From the NCBI GenBank assembly GCA_963749495.1, contig CAVVMW010000006.1:1024001-1088000 (forward strand): 64,000 nt of DNA. The letters run 5' to 3'. A model generated the notes under the pieces. That model was given only the letters and a program-made list of their open reading frames with translations, was not told the origin of the DNA and searched no databases. This DNA is from an uncultured bacterium (GTDB taxonomy: Bacteria > Verrucomicrobiota > Verrucomicrobiia > Limisphaerales > UBA8199). How positions within the stretch are numbered: position 1 is the stretch's first letter; each line of letters begins with the position of its first letter. The position numbers and the translations under genes were made by a program. This document shows, piece by piece, positions 29,154 through 39,501 of this stretch.

Positions 29154-30237
29154 CCCGGCCGTCTGGTCCGCAGTGCCGTTTGGTTTCTGGGGCGTCCTGT
29201 TTTTCGTCTTGGGCGCGGTGGTCGGCAGCTTCCTCAACGTGTGCATCTGCCGGATGCCGCTGGGCCAGAGCATCATCTCTCCGCCATCGCATTGTCCGCA
29301 CTGCCGCTACTCGATTCCCTGGTATCTGAACATCCCGCTGGTGACCTGGGTCTATCTGCGGGCCAGGTGCCGCAACTGCGGCGCTCCCATTTCGGTCCGC
29401 TATTTCGTGGTCGAGTCGCTCACCGCCCTGTTGTTCCTGGCCTGCTGCATCGGCCCCGGCCGGGATTCGCTTCTGCTGGCCCTCATCTATGCCGGCTTCC
29501 TGGCCAGTCTCATGGCCGGCAGTTTCATTGATTGGGAGCACATCTTCGTTCCCGACCAGATCACGGTCGGCGGGATGGTGGCAGGCTTCCTCTGCTCCAT
29601 CCTGGCGCTGGCCTTCCACCAGACCCATTCGATCACCGATGCAATGAAACAGAGCCTCCTGGGCATGGCCGTGGGTGCCGGCATCGTCTATGGCATCGTG
29701 CGCCTGGGCAAATGGTTCCTGGGCCGCTACCGGGTCGAGCTGCCTGCCGAAACTCGAGTCTTCTTCACCGAGACCGCCCTGTGCTGGGGCCAGGAACACC
29801 TGCTTTACGAGGACCTGTTCTATCGCCCGTCTGACGTGATCACACTGCAGGCGCGGACCCTCGAGATGGCGGACCGCTGCTACAAGGACGTGCCGGTGCG
29901 GCTGAGCCCCTCCAGGCTCACCATCGGCAGCGATGAGTTCGATCCCGAGGGCGTGCCCCATCTGGAGGTGGTCAGCTCGGAGATGGTCCTGCCGCGCGAG
30001 GCGATGGGCCTGGGCGACGTCAAGTGCATGGGCGCCATTGGGGCGTTCCTGGGCTGGAAGGCCGTCTTCTTCACCTTGATGCTCAGCTCGGTCATCGGCT
30101 CGATTGTGGGGCTGAGCCTCATCGCCCTGCGAAAGCACAAATTGACGCGCCTGGCCTACGTGCCCTACCTCTCCGCGGCCGCCGCCGTATGGGTCTTGGG
30201 CGGCGGGCGCCTGCTGGCCCGATGGTGGCCGCACTGA
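29116..30237 (+). CDS. pilD: Prepilin peptidase / N-methyltransferase (A24)
   Basis: GSFLNVCICRMP, SHCPHC, RCRNC, FIDW, MGLGDVK. Confidence 0.9.
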   Translation: MYMDMAMFSRLFDPAVWSAVPFGFWGVLFFVLGAVVGSFLNVCICRMPLGQSIISPPSHCPHCRYSIPWYLNIPLVTWVYLRARCRNCGAPISVRYFVVESLTALLFLACCIGPGRDSLLLALIYAGFLASLMAGSFIDWEHIFVPDQITVGGMVAGFLCSILALAFHQTHSITDAMKQSLLGMAVGAGIVYGIVRLGKWFLGRYRVELPAETRVFFTETALCWGQEHLLYEDLFYRPSDVITLQARTLEMADRCYKDVPVRLSPSRLTIGSDEFDPEGVPHLEVVSSEMVLPREAMGLGDVKCMGAIGAFLGWKAVFFTLMLSSVIGSIVGLSLIALRKHKLTRLAYVPYLSAAAAVWVLGGGRLLARWWPH

Positions 30238-30405
30238 GCCAACCCGCTCCGGGCCGCCAGACCCATCTGACCCGTCCGAGCCGCCCGGCTCCTCCGACCC
30301 GCCCAAGTCATCTGCGGCTCCAGTTAGAGCGGCTGGAAAAACTAAGATGTTTGGTGCAACAAGGCGGTGGATGTAGGGCCTTTTTCCACGAGCGCCGTGA
30401 GTCCG

Positions 30406-30489
30406 GACCTTTGTCGCAGCCTTTGTCGCAACCTTTGTCGAGTTGGCCATGCCTCGACAAAGGCCGCGACAAAGGTTGCGACAAAGGTC
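30406..30489. repeat. 12-mer tandem hairpin (CCTTTGTCG family), downstream of aroC
   Basis: gacctttgtcgcagcctttgtcgcaacctttgtcgag...ctcgacaaaggccgcgacaaaggttgcgacaaaggtc. Confidence 0.92.
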
Positions 30490-30527
30490 TGGATGCGGAG
30501 CTGCGAGGTTAATTCTGCCAGCCGCTC

Positions 30528-31607
30528 TCAGGCGCACTGGGCCTTGTGCCGCAGGGCGTGATCGATGAGGACCAGGGCGGTCATCGCCTCGACGATGGGG
30601 ACGGCGCGGGGCAGGACGCACGGGTCATGCCGGCCCCGGCCTTTGAGGGTCGTGTTGCGGAACCGTACATTGACGGTGTCCTGCTCGCGCATGATCGTGG
30701 CGATGGGTTTGAAGGCCACGCGGAAGCAGATGGTTTGGCCGTTGGAGATGCCGCCCTGGATTCCACCCGAGCGGTTGGTCGTGGTGAAAACCCTGCCGTC
30801 CCTGGCCCGGTACGCGTCGTTGTGCTGCGCGCCGGTGAGCAGGATGCCGCCGAAGCCGGAGCCGATGTCGAAGCCCTTGGAGGCGGGCAAACTCAGCATG
30901 GCCTTGGCCAGGTCCGCCTCCAGGCGGTCGAAGACCGGCTCCCCCCACCCGGCCGGCACGCCTCGCGCAACCCCTTCGATCACGCCGCCGACGGTGTCCC
31001 CCGCCTTGCGCATTCGCTCGATGAGACGGATCATCCTCTGTGCCGCCGCCGCGTCCGGGCAGCGCACGATGTTGGATTCCACCTGGCCGGCCTTGACCTT
31101 TTCCGGGTCGATGGCGGCCGTGATGCGCTGGACCTGCTTGACGTAGGCGAGGACCTCCACCCCGTAATACTCGCGGAGGAGCTTCCTGGCAATCGCGCCT
31201 GCCGCCACCCGCCCGACGGTCTCGCGCGCGCTGCTCCGCCCGCCGCCGGGCCAGCTCCGAATCCCGAACTTGGCCTGGTAGGTGTAATCCGCGTGCGAGG
31301 GCCTGAACTTGGTTGCCATCTCGGTGTAGGCCTCGGGCCGCGCGTCCTCGTTGGCGACCCACAGGGCTATGGGCGTGCCCAGCGTTTTGCCTTCGAAAGT
31401 GCCGGAGAGGATCTGCACCGTGTCGGACTCCTTGCGGGGGCTCACGATCCTGGACTGGCCGGGGCGCCGGCGATCCAGCTCAGGTTGGATGTCGGCCTCG
31501 CTCAACTCCAGCCGCGGCGGGCACCCATCCACCACCACCCCGACACCCTTGCCGTGCGATTCACCCCAGGTCGTGATGCGGAAAAGATGGCCAAAGGTGT
31601 TTGCCAT
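30528..31607 (-). CDS. aroC: Chorismate synthase
   Basis: NTFG...[46 protein letters not shown]. Confidence 0.97.
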   Translation of the reverse strand: MANTFGHLFRITTWGESHGKGVGVVVDGCPPRLELSEADIQPELDRRRPGQSRIVSPRKESDTVQILSGTFEGKTLGTPIALWVANEDARPEAYTEMATKFRPSHADYTYQAKFGIRSWPGGGRSSARETVGRVAAGAIARKLLREYYGVEVLAYVKQVQRITAAIDPEKVKAGQVESNIVRCPDAAAAQRMIRLIERMRKAGDTVGGVIEGVARGVPAGWGEPVFDRLEADLAKAMLSLPASKGFDIGSGFGGILLTGAQHNDAYRARDGRVFTTTNRSGGIQGGISNGQTICFRVAFKPIATIMREQDTVNVRFRNTTLKGRGRHDPCVLPRAVPIVEAMTALVLIDHALRHKAQCA

Positions 31608-31692
31608 GACCAGACACTGCGGGAAAACCCCTTGCAGGTCAATGCGATCCGCGTATTCGGAACCGGGGGGCGGATCCCGACACTCATGCGGT

Positions 31693-31790
31693 CTTTGGAC
31701 CTTTGTCGCTGCCTTTGTCGGAGCCTTTGTCGAATGCGCCATGTCTCGACAAAGGCTGCGGCAAGGGCTGCGACAAAGGTCGTGCCAAAG
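31693..31790. repeat. 12-mer tandem hairpin (CCTTTGTCG family), upstream of aroC
   Basis: Same architecture as 30406-30489 and 11258-11344. Confidence 0.92.
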
Positions 31791-31804
31791 TCACGTCGTT
31801 CGAT

Positions 31805-32258
31805 TTAGCCCCGCGGCACTCGCGTCCGCCGGAGCAATGCCGCCAGGCAGCCCAGCCCGGCGATCAGGCCGATGGCCCGGCCTTCCGGGACGGGCGAGTA
31901 CCTGGTACTCGAGGTGAAAAGTGTCTCCCCCCATGGAGGCGCCCGGACCGGCGTGGGCGAGATCCCCCAGGAGGGGCACATTCAGCCAGGTGGACCAATA
32001 CGCACTGCCACTATCGTTTTCCAGCGACACGGCGGGGAACAGGGCGCTGCCGGCAGGCCGGAGGTCAGCTTTGCTGAGCGTGCCGAGAAAGGGATCGAAC
32101 TGGGGAAAGCTCACTGAGCCGATTGCGGGCGTCTGATTTCTCGCCCCGGGCGAGGTCACGGCTGGCGAAGGGGTGATAGGCAGCAATGCCGCCCCCGATT
32201 CGCAGGCAACCAGTGCCAGCGCGGACGCCGCGGCGCATAACAGACTGCGAACCAGCAT
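31805..32258 (-). CDS. PEP-CTERM-like secreted protein, frameshifted near 31901
   Basis: Signal peptide; removing one base at AGGTAC gives C-terminus YSPVPEGRAIGLIAGLGCLAALLRRTRVPRG (VPE + TM + basic tail). Confidence 0.6.
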
Positions 32259-32384
32259 GCTTTTCACATTGTCGCGCCCATCGTGCATGAATTGGCCGGC
32301 CCTTTCTAGGGGATTCGGGGACATCCATAGTCAGTTTTGGGACATTGACTTTGGCAGGGCGAAGAAATAACTTGAGCAAGAGGA

Positions 32385-32400
32385 GCGCGAATCGTGCCAA
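32385..32400 (-). promoter_or_regulatory. Putative sigma54 (-24/-12) site
   Basis: TTGGCACGATTCGCGC on the - strand: TGGCAC core and GG-N10-GC spacing; -12 box imperfect. Confidence 0.45.
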
Positions 32401-32407
32401 GTTGTGC

Positions 32408-32435
32408 TTGTAAAGGCGGCGCAGGCGTTTAGAAT
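32408..32435 (+). promoter_or_regulatory. Sigma70-like leaderless promoter of rpoN
   Basis: TTGTAA-16 bp-TAGAAT, 6 nt before ATG 32442. Confidence 0.6.
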
Positions 32436-32441
32436 AGCGTC

Positions 32442-33941
32442 ATGGCTCACGGCCTACAATTGTCGCAACGTTTGACGCAATCGCTGGTGCTGGCACCGCA
32501 ATTGCAGCAATCGCTGGCGCTGCTGCAGGCGCCCACCCTGGAGCTCAAGGCCCTGGTCGAGCAGGAGTTGCAGCAAAACCCAGTGTTGGAGGAGGCCCCG
32601 GCGGCGGAGGTGGAGCAGGCCGAGAAGGAGGAACGCGAAACGCCCAAGTCCGCCGAGACGGCCGATCCTTCGGAACCGCCGGCCGACTTGAACGTGGACC
32701 CGGCGCTCGACAAGGGCAACGGGGAGCCGGTGGACGATTTCCAGGCGGAGTTCGAGCGCCTGGTGCAGATGGACCAGGAATGGCGCGAGCATTTTGCGCA
32801 GACCAACCTCCCCTCGCGGAGTTCTGCGGAGGACGAGGAGAAGCGGCAGTTCATGTTCGATTCCCTGGTGGCCGGCACGTCCTTGCAAGAGGTCCTGCTG
32901 GAGCAGGTGCGGGAGTCGGCCCTGCCGGAGCAGAGCTGGCCCGCCGCCGAGATCATCATCGGGAACATTGACGATTACGGCTACCTGGCGGCGACCCAGG
33001 AGGAGCTGGCGCAGGCCACCGGCTTGCCCCCCGAGGAATTGTTAAAGGTGCTCAAGGTCATCCAGTCCTTCGACCCGCCCGGCGTCGGCGCCCGCACCCT
33101 TCAAGAGTGCCTGCTCCTCCAACTGGAGCGCTGCGGCCAGCAGAACACCCTGGACTATCGCATCATCAGTGAATTCATGGACGCCCTGGGCAAACGGCGC
33201 ATCCCCGAGATCGCCCGCTTCACCGGCGCCTCCATCGACGAGGTCCAGGACACCCTCCATCGCATTGGCCGCCTGGAGCCCCGCCCCGGCCGCGCGTTCC
33301 TCCCGGACAACGACCAGTACATCCTCCCGGAGGTCTTTGTCCAACAGAGCGACGCCGATTTCGTCGTCACCACCAACAACGAGCACATCCCTCACCTGCG
33401 CATCAGCAACACCTACAAGGACCTCATGGCCCAAGGCGGCAACACGGCCGAGGTGCGCAACTACATCCGCGAGAAGATCCGCGCCGGCAAGTTCCTCATC
33501 AAGAGCCTGCAGCAGCGCCAGCAGACCATCCTCAACATCGCCAAGGAGATCGTCAACCGCCAGCGCGACTTCATGGAAAAGGGCATCGCCTTCCTCAAAC
33601 CCCTGACGATGGTCCAGATCGCCCAGGTCGTCGGCGTCCATGAAACCACCGTCAGCCGCGCCGTCTCCGGCAAGTACATCCAGACCCCGCAGGGGATCTA
33701 CGAGATGAAGTTCTTCTTCACCGCAGGCATCCACACCGCCAACGGCGACGGCATGTCCAACACCAGCGTCAAGGACATGATCGCCGAAATCTTCAAAAAG
33801 GAAGACCCCACCAAACCCCTCTCCGACCAGGAAGTCGTCCACATGCTCCGGGAAAAGGGCATCGCCATCGCCCGCCGCACCGTCGCCAAATACCGGACCG
33901 AACTCAACATCCTTCCCTCCAACCTGCGGAAGGTGTACTGA
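32442..33941 (+). CDS. rpoN: RNA polymerase sigma-54 factor
   Basis: Q/L-rich region I (PQLQQSLALLQ), DPPGVGARTLQECL, VHETTVSRA, RpoN box ARRTVAKYR. Confidence 0.98.
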   Translation: MAHGLQLSQRLTQSLVLAPQLQQSLALLQAPTLELKALVEQELQQNPVLEEAPAAEVEQAEKEERETPKSAETADPSEPPADLNVDPALDKGNGEPVDDFQAEFERLVQMDQEWREHFAQTNLPSRSSAEDEEKRQFMFDSLVAGTSLQEVLLEQVRESALPEQSWPAAEIIIGNIDDYGYLAATQEELAQATGLPPEELLKVLKVIQSFDPPGVGARTLQECLLLQLERCGQQNTLDYRIISEFMDALGKRRIPEIARFTGASIDEVQDTLHRIGRLEPRPGRAFLPDNDQYILPEVFVQQSDADFVVTTNNEHIPHLRISNTYKDLMAQGGNTAEVRNYIREKIRAGKFLIKSLQQRQQTILNIAKEIVNRQRDFMEKGIAFLKPLTMVQIAQVVGVHETTVSRAVSGKYIQTPQGIYEMKFFFTAGIHTANGDGMSNTSVKDMIAEIFKKEDPTKPLSDQEVVHMLREKGIAIARRTVAKYRTELNILPSNLRKVY

Positions 33942-33956
33942 AACGAGCGCATGCGC

Positions 33957-34181
33957 TCAGGCACGCCCGCTGTTCAACCTCTGCGCGCGCAGCCGTAGTA
34001 ACGCCAACAGGTCGGCCAGGTTGACTAATCCCTCGGCCTCCCGCTTCTCCTCAGGGCTGAGCGCAGAGCCGGCGTCCTGCCTGTCGAGTAACCGCTGCAG
34101 TCGGTGCTGCACGCCTTCGGGGAGCCGAAACCGCGCCAAGTCACCGGGGACTTCCACTTCCACTTGGATTGATTGGGGCAT
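33957..34181 (-). CDS. Small hypothetical protein (antitoxin-like)
   Basis: 74-aa helical ORF; GAGAAT 6 nt upstream of ATG. Confidence 0.55.
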   Translation of the reverse strand: MPQSIQVEVEVPGDLARFRLPEGVQHRLQRLLDRQDAGSALSPEEKREAEGLVNLADLLALLRLRAQRLNSGRA

Positions 34182-34349
34182 AACGTCATTCTCGATTTTG
34201 TCAGCCCACTTTACCCCTTCGCAGGCGTCCGGTTCAAGCTAAACCCACTGTCGGGCCGTGCTTTTGGGCAGGAGAACCGCGGTGACGACGGTGTTTCCCA
34301 CACGAGCTCTTGGGCTTGATACCCTTGCCGGGATGCGTATCCTCGGCGC

Positions 34350-37300
34350 ATGTCTGGCATCCGCAACTCGTTGCGCGCGCTCGCGCCCATTGTGTTCACG
34401 CTGCTGCTGGCGGGGGCTTGCGGGGGTGGCCCGGTGGATTTCGGGCGGCAGGAGCTGGCGGGGGCGTTGGACAAGGCCGGGTTGGCTGGGCGGGCGGGTG
34501 ACATCCTGGTGAAGGTGGGCGCGTCCGGAGCTGCGGAGGGTTACACGATCACGTTGGATGGGCGGCGCGCGGTCATCGAGGGCGGCAACGCAGCCGGGGC
34601 GATGTACGGGCAACTGGAGATGGCGGAGCGGGTGCGCTTGCGCGGTGCGCGGGCCTGGGAGAAGGGCGTGGTCAAAGGCCGGCCGTTTTTGGAGGACCGC
34701 GGCCTGAACGTCTTTTTGACCTTGCCCTGGGATTACCGGGCCAACCAGACCGATTACTCTCCCCAGGCCCTGGTGGATGGGGAGCGGTGGTGGTTTCAGA
34801 ATGACGATTATTGGCGGAGGCTCTTCGACTCGATGGCGCGGCACCGGCTCAACTGGCTGGACTTGCACGGCATGTGGGACGTGAGCGTGACCGACGCGCC
34901 GAACCTCTATGCCTATTTCATCCAGAGCGAGCAGTACCCCGAGGTTGGGGTGGCGCCCGAGGTCAAGGCGAGCAACTTGAGACGGCTCAACAAGGTCATC
35001 GACCTGGCCCACGAGCGGGGCATCAGGGTCAGCCTGATGGCCTACGAGGCGCAGTTGCGCACCCCGCACAAGCGGGACCTGCCCTACCCGGACACCGAGC
35101 AGGCCGCCTACCAATACACTCGGGAAGTGGTCGCGAAGATGATCCGCCAGGCCCCGCGACTGGATGCGATAGCCTACCGCATCGGCGAGAGCGGCAAGGG
35201 CGAGTCGTTCTTCCGCTGCTACCAGGAGGCAGTCAAGGCCAGCGGCAGGGACATCCCCCTGCTCACGCGCTCCTGGCTGGCCCGCAAGGGCTTGGTCCTG
35301 CCGTTGGCCCAGGCCAGCAGCAATTACCGGGTCCAGATCAAGTACAATGGCGAGCAATGGGGCGCGCCCTATTTGGTGGCCGGCGGCCGGATGGCGGGCT
35401 GGTACAGCTACTCGTTCGAGGACTACCTGAGTTACTCGGGCGCGAGCCCGGCGCTCAGGATGTGGCCCGGCAACCCGGCCCCGGAGGGCGGCCCCTGGCC
35501 GCCCGAGCCCTATAGGCCCGTTTGGCAGGTCCGGGCCAACGGCACGCACCGCATCTTCCCGTTTTACCAGCCCGACTGGGTGCGGCGGACGGTCAGGAGC
35601 ATGCGAGTGGGCGCCGCCTCGGGCTACACGGTCGAGCCGCTCAATGCTTATTATCCGGATTCGCCGCGCTATTACGTGGCCAACCCGGATGACCTCTACA
35701 CCAAATGGATACTGGAGCGTGATGAGCCCTATCTCATGCTCTGGGGGCGCTGCGGATATGACCCCGATACGCCTGAAGCGGCGTTCGATTTATGGTTCGC
35801 CGACACCTTTGGCGCCCAAGGCCAGGCCATTGCGGGGGCCTGGAAAATCGCCAGCCGCATCATCCCAACCGCCTACATGGCGTTGAGCCTGGGCCCCGAC
35901 CACCGCAACCACAACCCGGAGATGGAGTTGGGCGGCAACGTCGCTGCGTTCATCGCGGGCGAGCCCTTCGACACGTTCGCGGCAAAATCCATCAAGGAGA
36001 CGCTGGCGCTGGAGGCCGTGGGCGGCAAGGACGGACGCGTGCCCAATTTCGCTTACGCAGCGCGGCTCGCCGGCTATGGCGACCAGGTCCGTTCGGCCCT
36101 GGCCGGCATTACTGACACGGGGCTTCGAGGGCCTCCGCGCTCCGATGGAAAGAGCTTCGCTGCGCGATGCTCATGCTCAGCCACCTGGCGGATTATTACG
36201 CGGGGCGGTTCACATCGGCATACTGGCAGGCCCGCTCCGACCAGGAAGGCGGCCGCTACAATGGCCAGGCCAGGGCGGCCCTGGCGCAGTCGCGAGCCGC
36301 CTGGGCGCAGCTCAGCGATTCGCCCGAGGCCGGTTATTACAAGCCGTTCACCGAGCGCCTGCGGATGCACACCAACCAATATCATTGGCGCAGCCAGTTG
36401 CCCGCTCTCGACCAGATGATCGCCCATGCCTCCCCGCCTGGGGAGTCACGTCCGACCGGTCTGACGAGTCTGACCGGTCCGACGAGTCTGACGGCCCTGA
36501 CCGGTCCTCCCCCCGCGCCCAACTCCGCCGTCCTGTCCTGGACCGCCGACGGCGCCGAGATCCTCTGCCGCTTGCCCGCCCAGGGCCTGAGCCGCGCCTG
36601 GCTCCTGTCCAAACCACTGCCCAGCACCACCTTCTTCCACAAGGCCCCCATGAGAAAAGTGGGCAACTGCTTCGAGGCGCGATTACCACGGATGAATTGC
36701 GGGCACCAATTGGCGGCCGAGGTCGAGTTTGACGGCCACCTGGCCCGCGTGCCGCGTTGGGAAGATGCAGACCCCTACCTTGTCGTGCCCAGCCTGGCCA
36801 AACCGACCCCGCTCTATTACAGCAGCCAGGAGGCCATGGCCTACCTGAAGCCCGAGGTCCTCACGCCTGAGAAGTACGGCACGCTCCTCATTCCGACCCG
36901 AGGCTATCGCTTCTTCAGGCATTTCGACCAAGCCACCCAGCGGAAGATCCTCGACCCGGTCGCGCGTGGCATGCGCCTGGTCGTCCTGCAGCAGCTCTAT
37001 GGCGAGAAAACCTACGCGCTTGGGTGGTTGCCGGTCGCGCCGCGGGTGGAGGCGCGCCAGGCCGGCCAATTCGATCCGGGCAGCGCCCTGGGCCTGCCTG
37101 CCGTTACGGCGCCCGGCATCCTCTCGCAGGCGTTCCTGCCCACCCCGGGATGGGAGGTCTTCGGCAATGGCGGCGTGGCGCGCTACAAGCTGGGCAAAGG
37201 CGAGATCTGGCTCATCCAGGCGCGCGCTTTCCAACTGGCGCATTACCCCGAGGCGGCGCGACTGCTGGCCAAAGTGGTCAGCCTGGACCCCTCCAAGCCG

Positions 37301-37462
37301 GTGGTGCTCCTGGACCACTGTGGCGAAGGGGCCGACACCACCTCCGCCCTGTTCACCGACCTCATGAACGCCCTCGATGTGCCGTTCCTGACCCTGGGCG
37401 AGGTCATCGCCCTCGAGCAGGGCATGGATTCGTTCGCCAAAATCCCAGGCAAAAACCCATGA
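34350..37462 (+). CDS. Large secreted glycoside-hydrolase-like protein, frameshifted near 36130
   Basis: Signal peptide; EGYTI...IEGGNAAGAMYG (GH20/67/115-type N-domain); ORFs 34350-36419 and 36167-37462 overlap. Confidence 0.6.
36450..36507. repeat. In-frame 9-mer array (GTC[T/C]GACnn) inside the GH-like gene
   Basis: Encodes RPTGLTSLTGPTSLTALTGP; same unit as mfd insert 3. Confidence 0.8.
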
Positions 37463-38217
37463 AGCTGGTTGCCGATCCTGTGGCCTGGACGTGGTTTGCC
37501 TTGCTGGGCAGTGCGTTGTTTTGCTTCATGCGGCGGCGCCGCCGGCGCGCCTGGTGGCTGCTGGCGATAGCCCTGGCGGGCAGCGTCTTTCAGGCCGCCG
37601 AGGTTCCGGGGCGCTTGATCGCCGGGATGGAGCGCCCTTTTCTCCCTCCGGCCCCCGGTCAGATCGCCCCTGCTGACGCCGTTATCGTGTTGGGCGGCTC
37701 GCTGACGCCCTTCGAGCCGAGTTACCTGCGCGTCGAGTTCTGCGAAGCCTCCGACCGCCTGCTCACCGGGATTGGCCTGGTCCGGGACGGGAAGGCGCCC
37801 GTCCTGGTCGTTAGCGGCGGCGGCGAGGGGCAACCCGCCCGATTCGCGGAGGCCCCGGCCGCCATGAAGTTCATCGAGCGTTGGAACCTCGTGACGACCC
37901 CCATTGAATCTTTGGGCGTTTCACGGACAACCCACGATGAAGCGGTTCACGCGGCGCGGTTGGCTTCTCAAAAGGGCTGGAAGAAGATCATCCTGGTCAG
38001 TTCCGCCCTGCACCTGAGGCGGGCCGCCGCCACATTCCGAAAGGCGGGGCTCGAAGTCGTTCCGGTGGGGTGCGATTTCCGCGTCCTCGGCTTGCTCGAG
38101 CCGGGGCGCCAGCGCCGCTTCAACCCGGTCCCGTCTGTCTTCACTGTGGTGAGCTTCCGGCTCTGGCTGGAGGAAGTCCTGGGCTTTGCGTATTACCGGC
38201 TGCGCTCCTGGGCTTAA
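37459..38217 (+). CDS. YdcF/ElyC (DUF218) family membrane protein
   Basis: DAVIVLGG, VVSGG, SRTTHDEA, LVSSALHLRRA, EVLG. Confidence 0.88.
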   Translation: MKLVADPVAWTWFALLGSALFCFMRRRRRRAWWLLAIALAGSVFQAAEVPGRLIAGMERPFLPPAPGQIAPADAVIVLGGSLTPFEPSYLRVEFCEASDRLLTGIGLVRDGKAPVLVVSGGGEGQPARFAEAPAAMKFIERWNLVTTPIESLGVSRTTHDEAVHAARLASQKGWKKIILVSSALHLRRAAATFRKAGLEVVPVGCDFRVLGLLEPGRQRRFNPVPSVFTVVSFRLWLEEVLGFAYYRLRSWA

Positions 38218-38220
38218 GGA

Positions 38221-38376
38221 CTGGGGGGCGTAAATACGATGACGCATTCGGCGGTCCTTTTTGGCGCGGACTTCGTTGCTCGCTCCTTGCAGACCGCTGC
38301 GGGTATGCTCGTCGCTCGCGCCTCGTGAGCACCAAAAATGCCTCGCCGCCTGCGTCATCGTATTGACGCCCCCCAG
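38221..38376. mobile_element. MITE-like element with 26-bp terminal inverted repeats
   Basis: CTGGGGGGCGTAAATACGATGACGCA / TGCGTCATCGTATTGACGCCCCCCAG (1 mismatch), between convergent genes. Confidence 0.75.
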
Positions 38377-38383
38377 CACTGAG

Positions 38384-38800
38384 TCAATGGCAGTTGCAGC
38401 CGTGGCCGCACGAGGCCTGGGCGACGTCCAACTCGGTCGGCAGACGGCCCAGTTCGAGGGTCTTGGTCACATACTGGCTGATGGACTTCTGCACCTCGTG
38501 CAGTTCTTCCTGGGCATCCAGAAACCCGCGCGCCACCGGGTTATCGAGCAGTTGATCGCGGTGCCGGTTGAAATCGTCGATCTCCTCGTTGCTCAACGGC
38601 ATCGAGAGCTGCTGTTTCTCTTGCAACGCCTGGCCCTTGGTGACCAACCCGTCGTACTGGGCGCGCGTGGTCGCATCCCCCATAAACGCGTCGAGCCGCT
38701 GGCGAATCAATTGCATGTTCGGTTGGTCCAGGATCGTCTGGCACAACTCCTTGGTCTTCTGGAGAACCGGCGAATCTTCGCTTGTGATTTGCACACTCAA
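38384..38800 (-). CDS. YlbF/YmcA family regulator
   Basis: KTKELCQTIL, LQEKQQ, NPVARGFLDAQEEL, Cys-rich tail SCGHGCNCH. Confidence 0.8.
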   Translation of the reverse strand: MSVQITSEDSPVLQKTKELCQTILDQPNMQLIRQRLDAFMGDATTRAQYDGLVTKGQALQEKQQLSMPLSNEEIDDFNRHRDQLLDNPVARGFLDAQEELHEVQKSISQYVTKTLELGRLPTELDVAQASCGHGCNCH

Positions 38801-38878
38801 TTGGGTTCAATACACCACACCCCGGCTCTAAAAGCAAACCCCGGGTCGAAAAGGAGAGTGGCCGGGGCGCAAGCCATC

Positions 38879-38949
38879 AGTGAAGGCGGGAACATCACAG
38901 GGGGCCGACCCCTCATCCCGGCTCTCTCCCCTTCGGAAGGGGAGAGGGA
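38879..38949 (+). repeat. Half copy of REP-like element CCCCTCA[T/C]CCCGGCnCTCTCCCC...GGGGAGAGGG
   Basis: Similar to 41558-41630 including the upstream agtgaaggcg leader. Confidence 0.8.
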
Positions 38950-38973
38950 GCGTTCTCACTAGCCCCGGCTCAC

Positions 38974-39165
38974 CGCGTAGCGGTGCCCGATGGTAGCCGT
39001 GGACTTCCAGTCCACGGACCCATGGCCCAAGCTCAACCGCGTCGCGTAGCGACGCCCGAAAACCGCGAGGCTGTCAGGCGTCGCTACGCGACGCGGGCGC
39101 GTTCCCACGCCGCAAACCGTGGACCGAGGTCCACGGCTACCTTCACTGCGTCGCTACGCGACGCG
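38974..39165. repeat. REP-like composite palindrome (CGTCGCGTAGCGACG family)
   Basis: ggtagccgtggac...gtccacgg and cgtcgcgtagcgacg / cgtcgctacgcgacg inverted modules. Confidence 0.85.
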
Positions 39166-39292
39166 CGATGATTCCCACGCCCCGGACCGTGGACCAAGAG
39201 GGCCGGGCTGAGGGGCCTGCCCGGCACTCCGTCTCCGCCTTCACTGACCGGTTACAACGGCCAGACGATTCATCATCTGCCCAAGAAACCAT

Positions 39293-39321
39293 TTGACTGT
39301 TCCGGCGCCCGCTGCTAGTGT
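39293..39321 (+). promoter_or_regulatory. Sigma70 promoter of the leuA leader
   Basis: TTGACT-17 bp-TAGTGT, 6 nt before GTG 39328. Confidence 0.7.
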
Positions 39322-39327
39322 GGCCCC

Positions 39328-39399
39328 GTGAACAAGAACCTGGACCTGCTGCTGCTATCGAGCGCGCTGCTGCTGAGTGGCGCGGCAGTCGGGTTCTAG
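39328..39399 (+). CDS. Leucine-rich leader peptide MNKNLDLLLLSSALLLSGAAVGF
   Basis: 8 Leu codons in 23, directly upstream of leuA and of a terminator. Confidence 0.8.
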   Translation: MNKNLDLLLLSSALLLSGAAVGF

Positions 39400-39422
39400 T
39401 GTCCCTTGGAGAGCTGTAAGAA

Positions 39423-39455
39423 CCCCACTGCCGGACGGCGGTGGGGCTTTTGTTT
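39423..39455 (+). terminator. Attenuator terminator of leuA
   Basis: CCCCACTGCC...GGCGGTGGGG followed by CTTTTGTTT; alternative pairing with CGGCAGTCGGGTTCT (39383-39397). Confidence 0.8.
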
Positions 39456-39501
39456 GCCCGGCCGCCGACGGCGCCAAAAATGAACCTCAATCGTCATAGC
39501 C

